The translations under genes and the position numbers were made by a program. A DNA stretch of 64,000 bases from an uncultured Actinomycetes bacterium. GTDB lineage: Bacteria > Actinomycetota > Thermoleophilia > Gaiellales > Gaiellaceae. The stretch is taken from assembly GCA_963722715.1 (NCBI GenBank), contig CAVROA010000004.1, positions 15,951 to 79,950 of the forward strand, written 5' to 3'. Of the stretch, positions 1-10,127 are shown piece by piece (position 1 is the first letter of the stretch; each line of letters opens with the position of its first letter). The notes under the pieces were generated by a model that saw only the letters and a list, made by a program, of their open reading frames with translations, was not told the origin of the DNA and did not search any database.

Positions 1-21
1 CCCTCAAGGCGCCGAGGGGGG

Positions 22-1257
22 ATGCCGATTCCATCTCTTGGAATGGCCTCCTTTGCCTACAGCGCGATCAATGCCACGGGTCTCGAGCTCCAGGGCGAGA
101 TCCACGCCCCCGACCTGACCGCCGCCCGCGAGGCCCTGCGCGTCCGGGGGATGCTCGCGCTCGACCTGAAGGAGCAGGCCTCGAGCTCAGACGGCATCGC
201 CGCGGTCGTCAAGAAGGTGAAGCCGAAGGCGCTGCAGATCTTCTCGCGCCAGTTTGCGACGATGATCGAGGCCGGGCTCAACGTCGTCACGGCCCTCGTC
301 ATCCTCGAAGACCAGACCGAGGACAAGAAGCTGGCCTCGGTGATCACCGAGGTGCGCGCCGACGTCGAGGGCGGACTGCTCCTTTCCGAGGCGATCGCGC
401 GGCACCCGAGAATCTTTTCCCGCCTCTACATCTCGATGGTGGAAGCCGGCGAGGCGGCCGGAATCCTGGACGTCGTCCTCGACCGAGTCGCCATCCAGAT
501 CGAGAAGGAGACCAAGATCAAGCGGCGCGTGAAGGGCGCGATGATGTATCCGCTGATGGTGCTGGCGTTCGCGTCGGTCGTCATGATCGGAATGCTGCTC
601 TTCCTCGTCCCGATCTTCGTCGGGATCTTCGCGCAGCTCGGCGGCGACCTGCCGACGCTGACCCAGTGGGTCCTCAAGGCATCCAACATCGTGCGCTACC
701 AGTGGTACATCCTGTTCCCGGGGATCTTCGGAGTCATCTTCGGATTCATGCGCTTCAAGAAGACGGAGAAGGGACGGCGCTGGTGGGACCGGACGCGGAT
801 GAAGGCGCCCGCGGGGATCGGCAAGACGATCCTGAAGATCGGCATGGCGCGCTTCTCGCGGACCCTCTCGACGCTCGTCGGCTCGGGTGTCGACATCATC
901 CGCGCGCTCGAGATCACCGGCACGACCTCCGGCAACAGCATCATCGAGGACGCCGTCGACATTGTGCGTGAGAAGGTCCACCAGGGCGTTCCGATCGCGA
1001 TTCCGCTCAGCGAGCTGGCGATCTTCCCTCCCATGGTCGCGCAGATGGTGCGGGTCGGAGAAGAAACGGGAGAGCTCGAGAAGATGCTGTCGAAGATCGC
1101 CGACTTCTACGAGGACGAGGTCGACAGCGCGATCGCGACCCTCACCTCCGTGATCGAGCCGCTCATGATGATCGGCGTCGGGATCATGGTCGGCATCATC
1201 ATCATCAGCATGTACCTGCCGATGTTCAAGCTCCTCACGCTCATCGGCGGTTCCTAA
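22..1257 (+). CDS. GspF/PilC-family inner-membrane platform protein (type IV pilus / type II secretion)
   Basis: 411-aa ORF. Two GspF-type halves, each followed by hydrophobic TM stretches (MMYPLMVLAFASVVMIGMLLFLVPIF; PLMMIGVGIMVGIIIISMYLPMF). Family-typical strings LSEAIARHPRIFS and VGEETGELEKML. GAGGGGGG SD just upstream of ATG 22. Confidence 0.85.
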   Translation: MPIPSLGMASFAYSAINATGLELQGEIHAPDLTAAREALRVRGMLALDLKEQASSSDGIAAVVKKVKPKALQIFSRQFATMIEAGLNVVTALVILEDQTEDKKLASVITEVRADVEGGLLLSEAIARHPRIFSRLYISMVEAGEAAGILDVVLDRVAIQIEKETKIKRRVKGAMMYPLMVLAFASVVMIGMLLFLVPIFVGIFAQLGGDLPTLTQWVLKASNIVRYQWYILFPGIFGVIFGFMRFKKTEKGRRWWDRTRMKAPAGIGKTILKIGMARFSRTLSTLVGSGVDIIRALEITGTTSGNSIIEDAVDIVREKVHQGVPIAIPLSELAIFPPMVAQMVRVGEETGELEKMLSKIADFYEDEVDSAIATLTSVIEPLMMIGVGIMVGIIIISMYLPMFKLLTLIGGS

Positions 1258-1344
1258 GAAAGCTCCGCCGTTCGCCGCTAGGGTCGCTGCGAACCAAGGA
1301 CGCAGTGGCATCCTGGATCTCTCGGTGCCAGAGGAGGCTCAGAA

Positions 1345-1905
1345 GTGGCGAAGCTGATCTACTCGGCGATCACGTCGCTCGACGGCTACGTGGCGGACGA
1401 GGACGGCAAGTTCGACTGGTCTGCGCCCGACGAAGACGTTCACGCCTTCGTCAACGACCTCGAGAGGTCGGTCGGCACCTACCTGTACGGGCGCCGGCTA
1501 TACGAGGTGATGGTCTTCTGGGAGACCGCCCACACCCTCCCCGACCAGTCGCGTGTCATCGCGGACTACGCAGAGATATGGCAGGCGGCCGACAAGATCG
1601 TGTACTCGAAGACGCTGGAGGCCGTGTCCAGCTCCAAGACGAGGCTCGAGCGGGACTTCGACCCTGAAGCGATCCGGCAGATGAAGGCTGCTGCGGGACG
1701 TGACATCTCCATCGGCGGTCCAACCCTCGCCGCCCAGGCGATCAAGGCCGGGCTGGTCGACGAATACCACCTGTTTCTGACGCCCTTCGTGGTTGGAGGA
1801 GGAACGCGGTCACTCCCCGACGGTGCCCGCCTGAATCTCGACTTGGTGGGCGAACGCCGTTTTGACAACGGCGTCGTGCACCTCCACTACGGCGCCAGGA
1901 CCTGA
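1345..1905 (+). CDS. Dihydrofolate reductase-family protein (RibD C-terminal domain-like)
   Basis: 186-aa ORF. KLIYSAITSLDGYVADEDGKFDW at the N-terminus and DEYHLFLTPFVVGGG near the C-terminus fit the RibD_C/DHFR-like pattern. GTG start preceded by GAGGAGG. Confidence 0.7.
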   Translation: MAKLIYSAITSLDGYVADEDGKFDWSAPDEDVHAFVNDLERSVGTYLYGRRLYEVMVFWETAHTLPDQSRVIADYAEIWQAADKIVYSKTLEAVSSSKTRLERDFDPEAIRQMKAAAGRDISIGGPTLAAQAIKAGLVDEYHLFLTPFVVGGGTRSLPDGARLNLDLVGERRFDNGVVHLHYGART

Positions 1906-1941
1906 CAAACCTGCACCCGAGCGTGCGGGTACGCTCGATGG

Positions 1942-2796
1942 GTGACTCCCCCGGGCGGCACGATCACGATCGGAGGTGACCTGAGGGTCAGCCGCCTCGG
2001 GTACGGCGCTATGCGGATCACCGGGCCGAACGTCACGGGGGAGCCTGACGATCCAGAAAGAGCGAAGCGGGTCCTTCGCCGCGTCGTCGAGCTGGGAATC
2101 ACGTTTATCGACACGGCCGACTCGTACGGGCCCGAAGTGAGCGAGCGGCTGATCGCCGAGGCGCTCCGTCCGTATCCGGACGGGCTCGTGATCGCCACCA
2201 AGGGCGGGTTGACACGGACCGGCAAGAAAGGCCCGTGGCCTCCTGACGGACGGCCGGAGCACCTTCGCGAGGCCTGTGAGGGGAGCCTGCGGCGCCTGAA
2301 GCTCGACCGGATCGACCTCTATCAGCTCCACCGGGTCGACCCGAAGGTTCCGCTCGAGGAGTCGGTCGGCGCCCTGGCGGAGCTGCGCAGGGAAGGAAAG
2401 GTTCGCCACGTCGGGCTCTCGAACGTCTCCGTCGACCAGCTCGAGCGAGCCGAGAGCATCGTCCCGATCGTGTCCGTCCAGAATGAGTACTCGGTTGGAA
2501 ACCGCTCCTCTGAGGACGTTCTCGATGAATGTGAAGACCGGAGCGCGGCCTTCCTCCCCTGGTATCCGCTCGAAGCGGGCTCCCTGGCGCGCCCGGGCGG
2601 GCCGCTCGACCGCGTCGCCGAGACCCACGGGGCAACGCCGGCCCAGGTCGCCCTCGCGTGGCTCCTTGCGCGCTCCCCGGTCGTCCTCCCGATTCCGGGC
2701 ACCTCGTCGGTCGAGCACCTGGAGGAGAACGTTGCAGCGACGAGACTCACGCTTTCGGACGAGGAGCTGGCCGAGCTCTCCGGTGCCGATGCGTAA
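1942..2796 (+). CDS. Aldo/keto reductase
   Basis: 284-aa ORF with AKR strings [50 protein letters not shown]. Confidence 0.85.
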   Translation: MTPPGGTITIGGDLRVSRLGYGAMRITGPNVTGEPDDPERAKRVLRRVVELGITFIDTADSYGPEVSERLIAEALRPYPDGLVIATKGGLTRTGKKGPWPPDGRPEHLREACEGSLRRLKLDRIDLYQLHRVDPKVPLEESVGALAELRREGKVRHVGLSNVSVDQLERAESIVPIVSVQNEYSVGNRSSEDVLDECEDRSAAFLPWYPLEAGSLARPGGPLDRVAETHGATPAQVALAWLLARSPVVLPIPGTSSVEHLEENVAATRLTLSDEELAELSGADA

Positions 2797-4048
2797 GCGG
2801 GCCTTCGCACTCGTGCTCGCGATTGCGATCGCGATGGCGATCGTGCTTTCCGGGACCGCCGCCGCGGCCGGTGTCAGCGAGGCGGCCCAGGCGCTTGCGC
2901 GGGATCCCGTCTACGTCGATCCGGCGGCGGAGCGGGCGATCAGCGAGGCGGACGCGGAGGAGCTCCGGGACCGGATCGAGGCGAAGGACGCCGGGCCGCT
3001 CTATGTCGCGATTCTCCCGGAAGCGGCCACCCGTGAGGCTGGGGGCAGTGCGGAACAGGTGCTCGCGGCGATCGCGCAAGAGCTGAACCGGGACGGCACC
3101 TACGTCGTCGTGGTCGGAGACCAGTTTCGCGCCGCCAGCACCGTGCTCGAATCGGGCCGCGCGCGGAACCTGGCCGACGACGCCTTCCGGGAGAGCCGCG
3201 ACCAGGGCGTGGCAGCCGTCCTTCTCTCCTTCGTCGACGCGGTCGGCGAGGAAAGGAACGGCGGCGGAGGTGATGGGGGCTCGCTCGGTGGGGCTCTGAT
3301 CCCGCTGGGGCTGGCCGGCGCGGCTATCGCTTTCTTCGTAGTTCGCCGTCGGCGGCGCTCCGCCGAGAACAACCGGGAGCTCGCAGAGGTCAAGACCACG
3401 GCCCGGGACGATCTCGTGGCACTGGGCGAGGACATCGGCACCGTCGACGTCGACGAGCTCGCGCCCGCGGCGCGCCCGGACTATGAGCGCGCCCTCGAGC
3501 AGTATCAGCACGGCACGAACGCGCTCGACTGGGCGAAACGGCCTGAGGACATCGAAGCAGTGAGTGCCGCGGTCGAGGAAGGCCGGCACGCCATGACCGC
3601 GGCCCGAGCTCGCGCGGCCGGCCAGGAACCGCCGGAGCGCCGCCCACTGTGCTTCTTCGATCCGCGCCACGGCCCTTCGGTCCGCGACGTCGAGTGGACG
3701 CCGCCGTGGGGGTCACCGAGAGCCGTGCCGGCGTGTGCGGCCGACGCGCAGCGCATCGAGGACGGTCTCGATCCCCAGACGCGCGAGGTCACCGTCGGCG
3801 GCAGGCAGGTCCCCTACTGGAACGCCGGCCCGGCCTACGCTCCCTGGGCAGGCGGCTTCTACGGGGGCTTCGGGGGCCTCTTTCCGGGCCTCCTGCTCGG
3901 GTCGATGCTGGGAGGTGGTTTCGGCTTCGGCGGCTACGGCGGGTATGGAGACCAGGGTGACGGGGATTTCGGCGACGGGGATGTCGGTGGCGGAGACTTC
4001 GGTGGAGGAGACTTCGGTGGCGGGGACATGGGCGGCGGCGACTTCTAG
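2789..4048 (+). CDS. Conserved-type membrane protein: TPM-like N-domain, central TM, Cys-containing C-domain, Gly-rich GGDF-repeat tail
   Basis: ATG 2789 overlaps the AKR stop (ATGCGTAA). Signal/[25 protein letters not shown], central [18 protein letters not shown] followed by RRRRR, then [12 protein letters not shown]...VPACAADA and a [19 protein letters not shown] tail. The first 102 codons of track ORF 2483..4048 lie inside the AKR gene and were dropped. Confidence 0.55.
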   Translation: MRKRAFALVLAIAIAMAIVLSGTAAAAGVSEAAQALARDPVYVDPAAERAISEADAEELRDRIEAKDAGPLYVAILPEAATREAGGSAEQVLAAIAQELNRDGTYVVVVGDQFRAASTVLESGRARNLADDAFRESRDQGVAAVLLSFVDAVGEERNGGGGDGGSLGGALIPLGLAGAAIAFFVVRRRRRSAENNRELAEVKTTARDDLVALGEDIGTVDVDELAPAARPDYERALEQYQHGTNALDWAKRPEDIEAVSAAVEEGRHAMTAARARAAGQEPPERRPLCFFDPRHGPSVRDVEWTPPWGSPRAVPACAADAQRIEDGLDPQTREVTVGGRQVPYWNAGPAYAPWAGGFYGGFGGLFPGLLLGSMLGGGFGFGGYGGYGDQGDGDFGDGDVGGGDFGGGDFGGGDMGGGDF

Positions 4049-4094
4049 CCGGACGTCGCTTCGGCCCTCTGGAAGTCCGGATTAGACTCCGGGG

Positions 4095-4619
4095 ATGAGC
4101 CGCTTCACGGACGCTTTGAACGAGCAGATCGGTCGTGAGTTCGGTGCCTCCCAGCAGTACGTGGCGATCGCGGTCTACTACGACTCTGAGACCTTGCCCC
4201 AGCTCGCGGCGCACTTCTACCGGCAAGCGGTCGAAGAGCGAAACCACGCGATGATGATCGTCCAGTACCTGCTCGATGCGGGCGAGAGCATCGCCATTCC
4301 CGGCGTCGGAGCGCCGCGCACCGACTTCGGCGACGCTGCCGACCCCGTGCGGGTCGCGCTCGACCAGGAGCGGCAGGTCACGGAGCAGATCGTGGGGCTC
4401 GCGGCCCTCGCGCGAGAAGAGGGCGATCTCGTCGGCGAGCAGTTCCTCCACTGGTTCCTCCAGGAGCAGCGTGAGGAGATCTCGAGCATGTCCGCACTTC
4501 TGGCGGTCGTCGAGCGAGCGCAGGCCTCGAACGTCCTGCTCGTCGAGGAATACCTCGCCCGGGCGGGCGGCGGCGAGGCAGAGGTCGGCGCCCCTCAGGC
4601 TGCCGGCGGCGCGCTCTAG
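4095..4619 (+). CDS. Ferritin (non-heme, bacterial type)
   Basis: 174-aa ORF. LNEQIGREFGASQQYVAIAVYY...FYRQAVEERNHAMMIVQYLLD and FLHWFLQEQREE match the ferritin di-iron helix pattern. Confidence 0.8.
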   Translation: MSRFTDALNEQIGREFGASQQYVAIAVYYDSETLPQLAAHFYRQAVEERNHAMMIVQYLLDAGESIAIPGVGAPRTDFGDAADPVRVALDQERQVTEQIVGLAALAREEGDLVGEQFLHWFLQEQREEISSMSALLAVVERAQASNVLLVEEYLARAGGGEAEVGAPQAAGGAL

Positions 4620-4628
4620 ACCCAGCTC

Positions 4629-5984
4629 TTAGCCGGTCAGGTCGGAGACGGCCTCCGCGAAGACCTCCGTGTGGCGGTCGACGTCCGCTTCGGTCGTGTC
4701 CGGGCACATCAGCGCCATGTTGTGGAAGGGGGTCATCAGGACACCCCGGTTCAGCGCAAAGAGGTGGAGGAAGCGGTCGAGCTCGGCATCCGCCGCACCG
4801 GCGGCTTCGGCGCCGGTGCGCGCTCTCTCGGGGCGCGGCCAGTACTCGACGCGGCAGCCGAGCCGCGTGACGCTCCAGGGGAGAGCCTGCTCGGCGATGA
4901 TTCCGGCGACGCCGGCCTCGAAGCGCTCTCCCAGCGAGATCATGCGCTCGAACGCCTCCTCGGTCAGCACGTCACCGAGGGTCGCGCGGATCGCGGCGAG
5001 CGAGAGGACGTTCCCGGCCAGCGTTCCCCCGATCCCGCCGACGTCTGTCTGCGGGGGCATCGCCGCAAGGATCCGATCCCTCACCGCCTCGCTGAAGCCG
5101 TACGCGGCAGCCGGGATGCCGCCGCCGATCGTCTTGCCGATCGTCAGGAAGTCGGGGTCGAGGTCGTACGCGCGCGTGTAGCCGCCCGGGCCCGCGCAGA
5201 TCGTGTGCGTCTCGTCGATCACCAGCAGCGTCCCGTGGCGTTTCGTCAGGTCTCTGAGAGCCTCGTGGTAGCCAGGCTCGGGGAGGACGATGCCGATGTT
5301 GGTCAGCGCCGGCTCGATCAGCACGCAGGCGACGTCGCCCTGCGCTAGCTCGTGCTCCAGCCCGTCCAGATCGTTGATCTCGACTGCTCGCGTGGTGACC
5401 TCGGGCTTGACGGGCGCTCCGATCGTGTGCGGGCGGAGCCTGAGCGCGCCCGCCTCGAGAACAACGAAGGTCTCGTCCACCGACCCGTGATAGCACCAGG
5501 CGTGAACGAGCACTTTCGGTCTGCTCGTTATCTCGCGCGCGAGGCGGATCGTGAACCGGTTCGCGTCGGTGGCGGTCAGGGCGAACTGCCACGAGGGAAG
5601 CCCGAAGCGACGGCTGAGCTCCTCGCCGCACCAGACCGCATCCTCGCTCGGGAGCATCACGGTGATCCCTCGGCGCACCTGTTTCCCGACCGCGTCCGCG
5701 ACGGCCGGAGGCGAGTGCCCCGCCATGGCGCCGGTATCTCCGAGGCAAAAGTCGACGTACTCGTGGCCGTCGACGTCCACGAAGCGCGCCCCCCGAGCCT
5801 CCTCGACGAAGACGGGGTAGGCCCCGGCCCATTCCGTCATCCAGTGCATCGGAACGCCGGACAGGAGTGATCCCCGCGCCCGCTCGAAGAGCTCGCGCGA
5901 GCGGGGGTGCTCGTCCAGGAAGCGCGCCGCCTCCCGTTCCATCAGCTTGCGGAGCCGCCCCCGGTCGATGACGGCGTCCGTCAT
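4629..5984 (-). CDS. Class-III (PLP-dependent) aminotransferase, glutamate-1-semialdehyde aminomutase-like
   Basis: 451-aa ORF. FVDVDGHEYVDFCLGDTGAMAGHSP, LLVIDETHT and TIGKTIGGGIPAAAYG (PLP-Lys context) are typical of aminotransferase class III. Confidence 0.8.
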   Translation of the reverse strand: MTDAVIDRGRLRKLMEREAARFLDEHPRSRELFERARGSLLSGVPMHWMTEWAGAYPVFVEEARGARFVDVDGHEYVDFCLGDTGAMAGHSPPAVADAVGKQVRRGITVMLPSEDAVWCGEELSRRFGLPSWQFALTATDANRFTIRLAREITSRPKVLVHAWCYHGSVDETFVVLEAGALRLRPHTIGAPVKPEVTTRAVEINDLDGLEHELAQGDVACVLIEPALTNIGIVLPEPGYHEALRDLTKRHGTLLVIDETHTICAGPGGYTRAYDLDPDFLTIGKTIGGGIPAAAYGFSEAVRDRILAAMPPQTDVGGIGGTLAGNVLSLAAIRATLGDVLTEEAFERMISLGERFEAGVAGIIAEQALPWSVTRLGCRVEYWPRPERARTGAEAAGAADAELDRFLHLFALNRGVLMTPFHNMALMCPDTTEADVDRHTEVFAEAVSDLTG

Positions 5985-6051
5985 ACGGCGCTGGGCACGA
6001 TTCTGTTCCGGATGGATCGATCGAACCGCACCGCCGTATCATGACCGCGGA

Positions 6052-7434
6052 ATGTTCTTCCGGCAGGTGCTGCACGAGGATCTCGGCTGCGCCTCCTACG
6101 TCGTCGCCGACGGGGGAGAGGCGGCGGTCATCGATCCGAAGTGGGAGGTCGAGGACTACCTGGCCCTGGCGGCTGAGCACAGCTTCCAGATCACGCACAT
6201 CCTGGAGACGCACACGCACGCCGACCACGTTTCCGGTCGCGGGCGCCTTCGGTCTGCAACCGGGGCGACCATTCATGTCTCGGATCGGGCCGCGGTCGAG
6301 TTCGAGCACGAGCCGCTCGCCGACGGGGACGCCGTCCAGGTCGCAGGCGTCCGCATCGCCGCCCTCGCGACGCCTGGCCACCGGCCTGACCACATGGCAT
6401 TCGTGGTGGAGGACGAGTCTCGCTCCGGGGCCCCATGGCTCGTGGTTACGGGCGACTCGCTCTTCGTCGGCGACCTTGCCCGGCCGGACCTGGCCGTCGA
6501 GCCGGAAGAGGGTGCGCGCGATCTCTACCGCTCGGTTCGGCGACTGCTCGAGCTCGAGGACTTCGCGGAGATCTGGCCGGGACACATCGGCGGCTCGCTC
6601 TGCGGCGGTGCCGGCATGAGCGAGAAGCCGGGGTCGACGATCGGCTTCGAGCGCCGCTTCAACCGTCTCGCCGGTATCCGGGACGAAAGCAACTTCGTCG
6701 AGGAGCTGACCCGGAAGCTCGCGCCGCAGCCACCCAACTTCAAGCGCATCGTTGCGTTGAACCAGGGGCCGCTCCTCACTGAAGCCCAGCCGCTCGAAGG
6801 GCTCGCGCCGCCCCGGGTCCGGACGCTCTTGGATAAGGGCGCGACACTCCTCGACGGGCGTGCGACCCGCGAGTTCGATGCCGAGCACATTCCCGGGGCG
6901 ATCAACGTGACGATGGTCAAAGCCGCCGTCGGGACTCGTGCCGCCTGGGTCGTCGATCCGGAGAGCGACGTCGTGGTCTCGGCGGCCAGCGAGGTCGACG
7001 CCCGGCGGCTCGGCCGCCTCCTGGAGGCGGTCGGCTTCCGCGCGCTCCGCGGCTACCTCGCCGGCGGCGTCCCGGCGTGGCAGGAGGCCGGGCTCCCCGT
7101 CGAGACGACACCGGCCATCGACATCTCCGGCCTGGCCGAACGGCTCAGCCGTGGTGACGTCCGTCTGCTCGACGTCCGTGAGGACGACGAGTGGGAGGAG
7201 GGACACGTGGACGGCTCCATGCACATCCCGTATCACGAGCTTCGGGACGGAGCGCCGGCCGAGCTGGCCAACGGCGATGGCCGTCAGATCGCGGTCGCCT
7301 GCTCGGCCGGGAACCGGAGCTCGATTGCGGCCTCTTTGCTGCGGCGAAGCGGAGTCGACAACGTCCTGCACGTCGCCGAGGGAGGTGTCGCCGACCTCGC
7401 AGACGAAGGTGTCCAACTCGTCCGCGGCGGGTGA
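6052..7434 (+). CDS. MBL-fold hydrolase fused to two rhodanese domains (persulfide dioxygenase-rhodanese-like)
   Basis: Start taken at MFFRQVL (ATG 6052), 67 nt from the divergent aminotransferase start. HxHxDH motif (ETHTHADHVSG), then two rhodanese-like modules, the second with active-site loop CSAGNRS. Confidence 0.8.
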   Translation: MFFRQVLHEDLGCASYVVADGGEAAVIDPKWEVEDYLALAAEHSFQITHILETHTHADHVSGRGRLRSATGATIHVSDRAAVEFEHEPLADGDAVQVAGVRIAALATPGHRPDHMAFVVEDESRSGAPWLVVTGDSLFVGDLARPDLAVEPEEGARDLYRSVRRLLELEDFAEIWPGHIGGSLCGGAGMSEKPGSTIGFERRFNRLAGIRDESNFVEELTRKLAPQPPNFKRIVALNQGPLLTEAQPLEGLAPPRVRTLLDKGATLLDGRATREFDAEHIPGAINVTMVKAAVGTRAAWVVDPESDVVVSAASEVDARRLGRLLEAVGFRALRGYLAGGVPAWQEAGLPVETTPAIDISGLAERLSRGDVRLLDVREDDEWEEGHVDGSMHIPYHELRDGAPAELANGDGRQIAVACSAGNRSSIAASLLRRSGVDNVLHVAEGGVADLADEGVQLVRGG

Positions 7435-7470
7435 ATCTGCCAACGCTGCTTGCTACACTCGTGCCCGCGC

Positions 7471-7544
7471 GGCGGCGTAGCTCAGCTGGTTAGAGCAGCG
7501 GAATCATAATCCGCGTGTCGCAGGTTCGAGTCCTGCCGCCGCTA
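7471..7544 (+). tRNA. tRNA-Met (anticodon CAT), elongator type; tRNA-Ile2 (lysidine) not excludable
   Basis: Hand-folded 74-nt cloverleaf: acceptor GGCGGCG/CGCCGCT (G1-U72), D arm GCTC-AGCTGGTTA-GAGC, anticodon arm GCGGA-ATCATAA-TCCGC, T arm GCAGG-TTCGAGT-CCTGC, discriminator A. No encoded CCA. Confidence 0.85.
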
Positions 7545-7785
7545 CCTCGATTTTGCTTCAGCGGGCAAGGTTCAGCTCTTCGACGCGACCCCTCTCCGAC
7601 GGGCGGAGCGAAGACCCACGAGATTGACCCTCCCCGACTGTGGCGCGCTCCGTCGAGGACGGAAGAGACGGAGCGCCTGGATAGCGTTCTCGGCTACCAT
7701 TGTCCGGCGCGGAGCGGGAGCGTCGTGCGGGAGCGGACGTCCCTGACGGCTCCGCCGGACATCTTCGAAGGAAAGAGAAAAGCGA

Positions 7786-7947
7786 GTGGCAACCGGAGTA
7801 CGAGTGGCGATCACGCTCGCCTGCACTGAGTGCAAGCGGCGGAACTATCAGACGAACAAGTCGAAGCGGAACACGCCCGACCGGTTCGAGTCGAAGAAAT
7901 ACTGCCGCTGGTGCCGGCGTCACACACTGCATCGGGAGACCCGTTAA
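7786..7947 (+). CDS. rpmG: 50S ribosomal protein bL33 (Zn-ribbon C+ form)
   Basis: GTG-initiated 53-codon ORF absent from the supplied track. Translation: [53 protein letters not shown]. Purine-rich GGAAAGAG upstream. Canonical position before secE-nusG. Confidence 0.85.
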   Translation: MATGVRVAITLACTECKRRNYQTNKSKRNTPDRFESKKYCRWCRRHTLHRETR

Positions 7948-7953
7948 TCCGCG

Positions 7954-8286
7954 ATGGCTCGGACTCCCCGCACGAGGCGCGCCAAGCGCACGACAGACTT
8001 CCAGCAGCCCGCCGCCACGGCGCGCGCCCGTGACCGCCGGCGCCAGGTCAAGCCGGTCCAGCAGGCCAAGAGCCAGACGGGCGCTCAGCGTGAGCGCCGG
8101 GGCGGCATCCGTGCGTTTGTCAAGGAGTGCTGGGGCGAGCTCAAGAAGGTCGAGTGGCCCGGCCGCCGACAGCTTCTCTCGGCCACAGCAGTCGTGATCA
8201 TCGCCGTCGCCGTCGTCGGCGCCTACCTCTACGTGGTCGACGAGGCTCTCTCCCGCCTCGTTCGCGACGTTCTCCTCAACCTTTAA
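7954..8286 (+). CDS. secE: Preprotein translocase subunit SecE
   Basis: 110-aa ORF. Basic N-tail, then FVKECWGELKKVEWPGRRQL followed by a single TM (ATAVVIIAVAVVGAYLYVV). Lies immediately upstream of nusG. Confidence 0.85.
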   Translation: MARTPRTRRAKRTTDFQQPAATARARDRRRQVKPVQQAKSQTGAQRERRGGIRAFVKECWGELKKVEWPGRRQLLSATAVVIIAVAVVGAYLYVVDEALSRLVRDVLLNL

Positions 8287-8290
8287 GCCC

Positions 8291-8818
8291 ATGTTCCGCT
8301 GGTATGTCATCAACACCTACTCGGGGCACGAGAACAAGGTCAAGACCAATCTCGAGCACCGGATCGTCTCCATGAACCAGCAGCCGAAGTTCCGCCGAGT
8401 GGTCGTACCGACCGAGCAGCGCATCGAGACCAAGGACGGCCAGAGAGTCCAGACCGAGCAGCGTGTTCTTCCCGGCTATGTCCTCGTCAACATGGACATG
8501 ACCGACGAGGCGTGGACGGTGGTCAAGAACACGCCTGGCGTGACGGGCTTCGTCGGCTCGGGTACGAAGCCGGTGCCGCTCTCGCAGCCCGAGGTCGACC
8601 GGATTCTCCACACTGGCACGGGCGGCGAGCGCCCACGGGCGATCGCGCAGTTCGAGCTCGGTGAGTCCGTCAAGGTAACGTCAGGGCCGCTCTCCGACTT
8701 CGACGGCGAGATCGTCGACGTGAATGCGGATCAGCAGAAGCTCAAGGTGCAGGTCAACATCTTCGAGCGGCAGGTACCGGTCGAGCTCAGCTTCGACCAG
8801 GTCAAGAAGATCGATTGA
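8291..8818 (+). CDS. nusG: Transcription termination/antitermination factor NusG
   Basis: NGN domain WYVINTYSGHENKV...PGYVLVNM and KOW motif GESVKVTSGPLSDFDGEIVDV. Confidence 0.95.
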   Translation: MFRWYVINTYSGHENKVKTNLEHRIVSMNQQPKFRRVVVPTEQRIETKDGQRVQTEQRVLPGYVLVNMDMTDEAWTVVKNTPGVTGFVGSGTKPVPLSQPEVDRILHTGTGGERPRAIAQFELGESVKVTSGPLSDFDGEIVDVNADQQKLKVQVNIFERQVPVELSFDQVKKID

Positions 8819-8835
8819 GATATTAGGAAGGCGAC

Positions 8836-9261
8836 GTGGCGAAGAAAGTTCTCACTCTCATCAAGCTCCAGATCCCGGGTGGCCAGGCAAACCCGGCCCC
8901 TCCGGTTGGGCCCGCCTTGGGCCAGCACGGAGTGAACATCATGGAGTTCTGCAAGGCGTTCAACGCCCAGACCCAGCAGGAGAACGGCCGGATCACTCCG
9001 GTCGAGATCACGGTCTACGAGGACCGCTCCTTCACATTCATCACGAAGACACCGCCGGCCGCAGTCCTGATCAAGGAAGCGCTGAACATCCAGAAGGGCT
9101 CGCCCGAGCCCAACCGCGAGAAGGTCGGCAGGCTCTCCAAAGACCAGCTTCGGAAGATCGCCGAGACGAAGCTCGTCGACCTGAACGCCCGGGACGTCGA
9201 CCACGCGATGCTCGTCGTGGCCGGAACGGCCCGGAGCATGGGCGTGGAGGTGGAGAAATGA
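8836..9261 (+). CDS. rplK: 50S ribosomal protein uL11
   Basis: [26 protein letters not shown] start. Confidence 0.95.
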   Translation: MAKKVLTLIKLQIPGGQANPAPPVGPALGQHGVNIMEFCKAFNAQTQQENGRITPVEITVYEDRSFTFITKTPPAAVLIKEALNIQKGSPEPNREKVGRLSKDQLRKIAETKLVDLNARDVDHAMLVVAGTARSMGVEVEK

Positions 9262-9992
9262 GACACGGCAAGCGGTACCGCAACTTTCGCGCCCTGATCG
9301 ATCGCGAGCACCTGTACTCCCCGCTCGAAGCGGTCCGGATCCTCAAGGAGGGGCCGCCCACGAACTTCGACGAGACGGTCGAGGTGCACTTCAACACGGG
9401 CCTGAACGTCCGGCACGCCGACCAGCAGCTTCGGGGCACGCTGATGCTCCCGCACGGTACGGGCAGCGACGTGCGCGTCGCCGTGTTCGCGGAGGGCGAG
9501 AAGGCGAAAGAAGCCGAAGAGGCGGGCGCAGACATCGTCGGATCCGCGGACCTCGCTGCGAAGATCGAAGAGGGGTTCGACGACTTCGACGTCGCCATCG
9601 CGACTCCGGACATGATGGGCACGGTCGGAAAGCTCGGGCGCATCCTGGGCCCCCGGGGCCTCATGCCGAATCCGAAGGCCGGCACGGTGACGTTCGACGT
9701 CGCGAAGGCGGTCAGCGACTCGAAGGCCGGCAAGCTCGAGTACCGGACCGACCGCGGGGCGAACGTCCACCTGGCGGTGGGGAAGAAGAGCTTCTCGGAG
9801 CGCGACCTCCTCGAGAACTACGCCACGGTGCTCGACGAGATGATGCGGGCCAGGCCCGCCGTGGCGAAGGGTCGCTACATCCGCTCGATCACATTGACGA
9901 GCTCGATGGGCCCGGGTATCAAGGTCGACCCGTCCCGGACGCGGGGCGTCGTCGAGGAATTGACCGAGGAGGCCGCGACAGCGGCAGCGTAA
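9258..9992 (+). CDS. rplA: 50S ribosomal protein uL1
   Basis: ATG 9258 overlaps the rplK stop (ATGA). [10 protein letters not shown] and [15 protein letters not shown]. The upstream part of track ORF 8724..9992 is an alternate frame of nusG/rplK. Confidence 0.95.
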   Translation: MRHGKRYRNFRALIDREHLYSPLEAVRILKEGPPTNFDETVEVHFNTGLNVRHADQQLRGTLMLPHGTGSDVRVAVFAEGEKAKEAEEAGADIVGSADLAAKIEEGFDDFDVAIATPDMMGTVGKLGRILGPRGLMPNPKAGTVTFDVAKAVSDSKAGKLEYRTDRGANVHLAVGKKSFSERDLLENYATVLDEMMRARPAVAKGRYIRSITLTSSMGPGIKVDPSRTRGVVEELTEEAATAAA

Positions 9993-10127
9993 ACACACGA
10001 CGTCTCGTCGCCAGAGACAGCCGGCAGCGCCAGCGCGCGGAAGACCGGCCGAGGCGGTTCGAGGGAGAACGCTCTCCTCCTCGTGCCCGCCTCCCGGCGG
10101 GCGCGACTCGTTCGAGAGGAGAAGCAG
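9993..10127 (+). promoter_or_regulatory. Putative rplJ 5' leader with GC hairpin (10085..10102, GCCCGCC-TCCC-GGCGGGC)
   Basis: 135-nt untranslated gap before rplJ with a perfect 7-bp hairpin. L10(L12)4 autoregulatory leaders are known at this position in other bacteria. No motif-level match could be verified by eye. Confidence 0.3.

Noticed and set aside
2483-2788. Upstream 102 codons of track ORF 2483..4048 as part of the membrane protein. The same question arises for the long 5' parts of ORFs 8724..9992, 25203..26468, 25832..26785, 29412..31196, 33834..34304 and 36154..36435.
   Set aside because: These segments are alternate frames of the preceding conserved genes. The canonical N-termini with SD sequences or stop-start overlaps lie at the internal starts I used.
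7471-7544. An initiator tRNA-fMet call for the CAT-anticodon tRNA.
   Set aside because: The anticodon stem is GCGGA/TCCGC and lacks the three consecutive G-C pairs typical of initiators. Position 1-72 is a G-U pair rather than the C-A mismatch.
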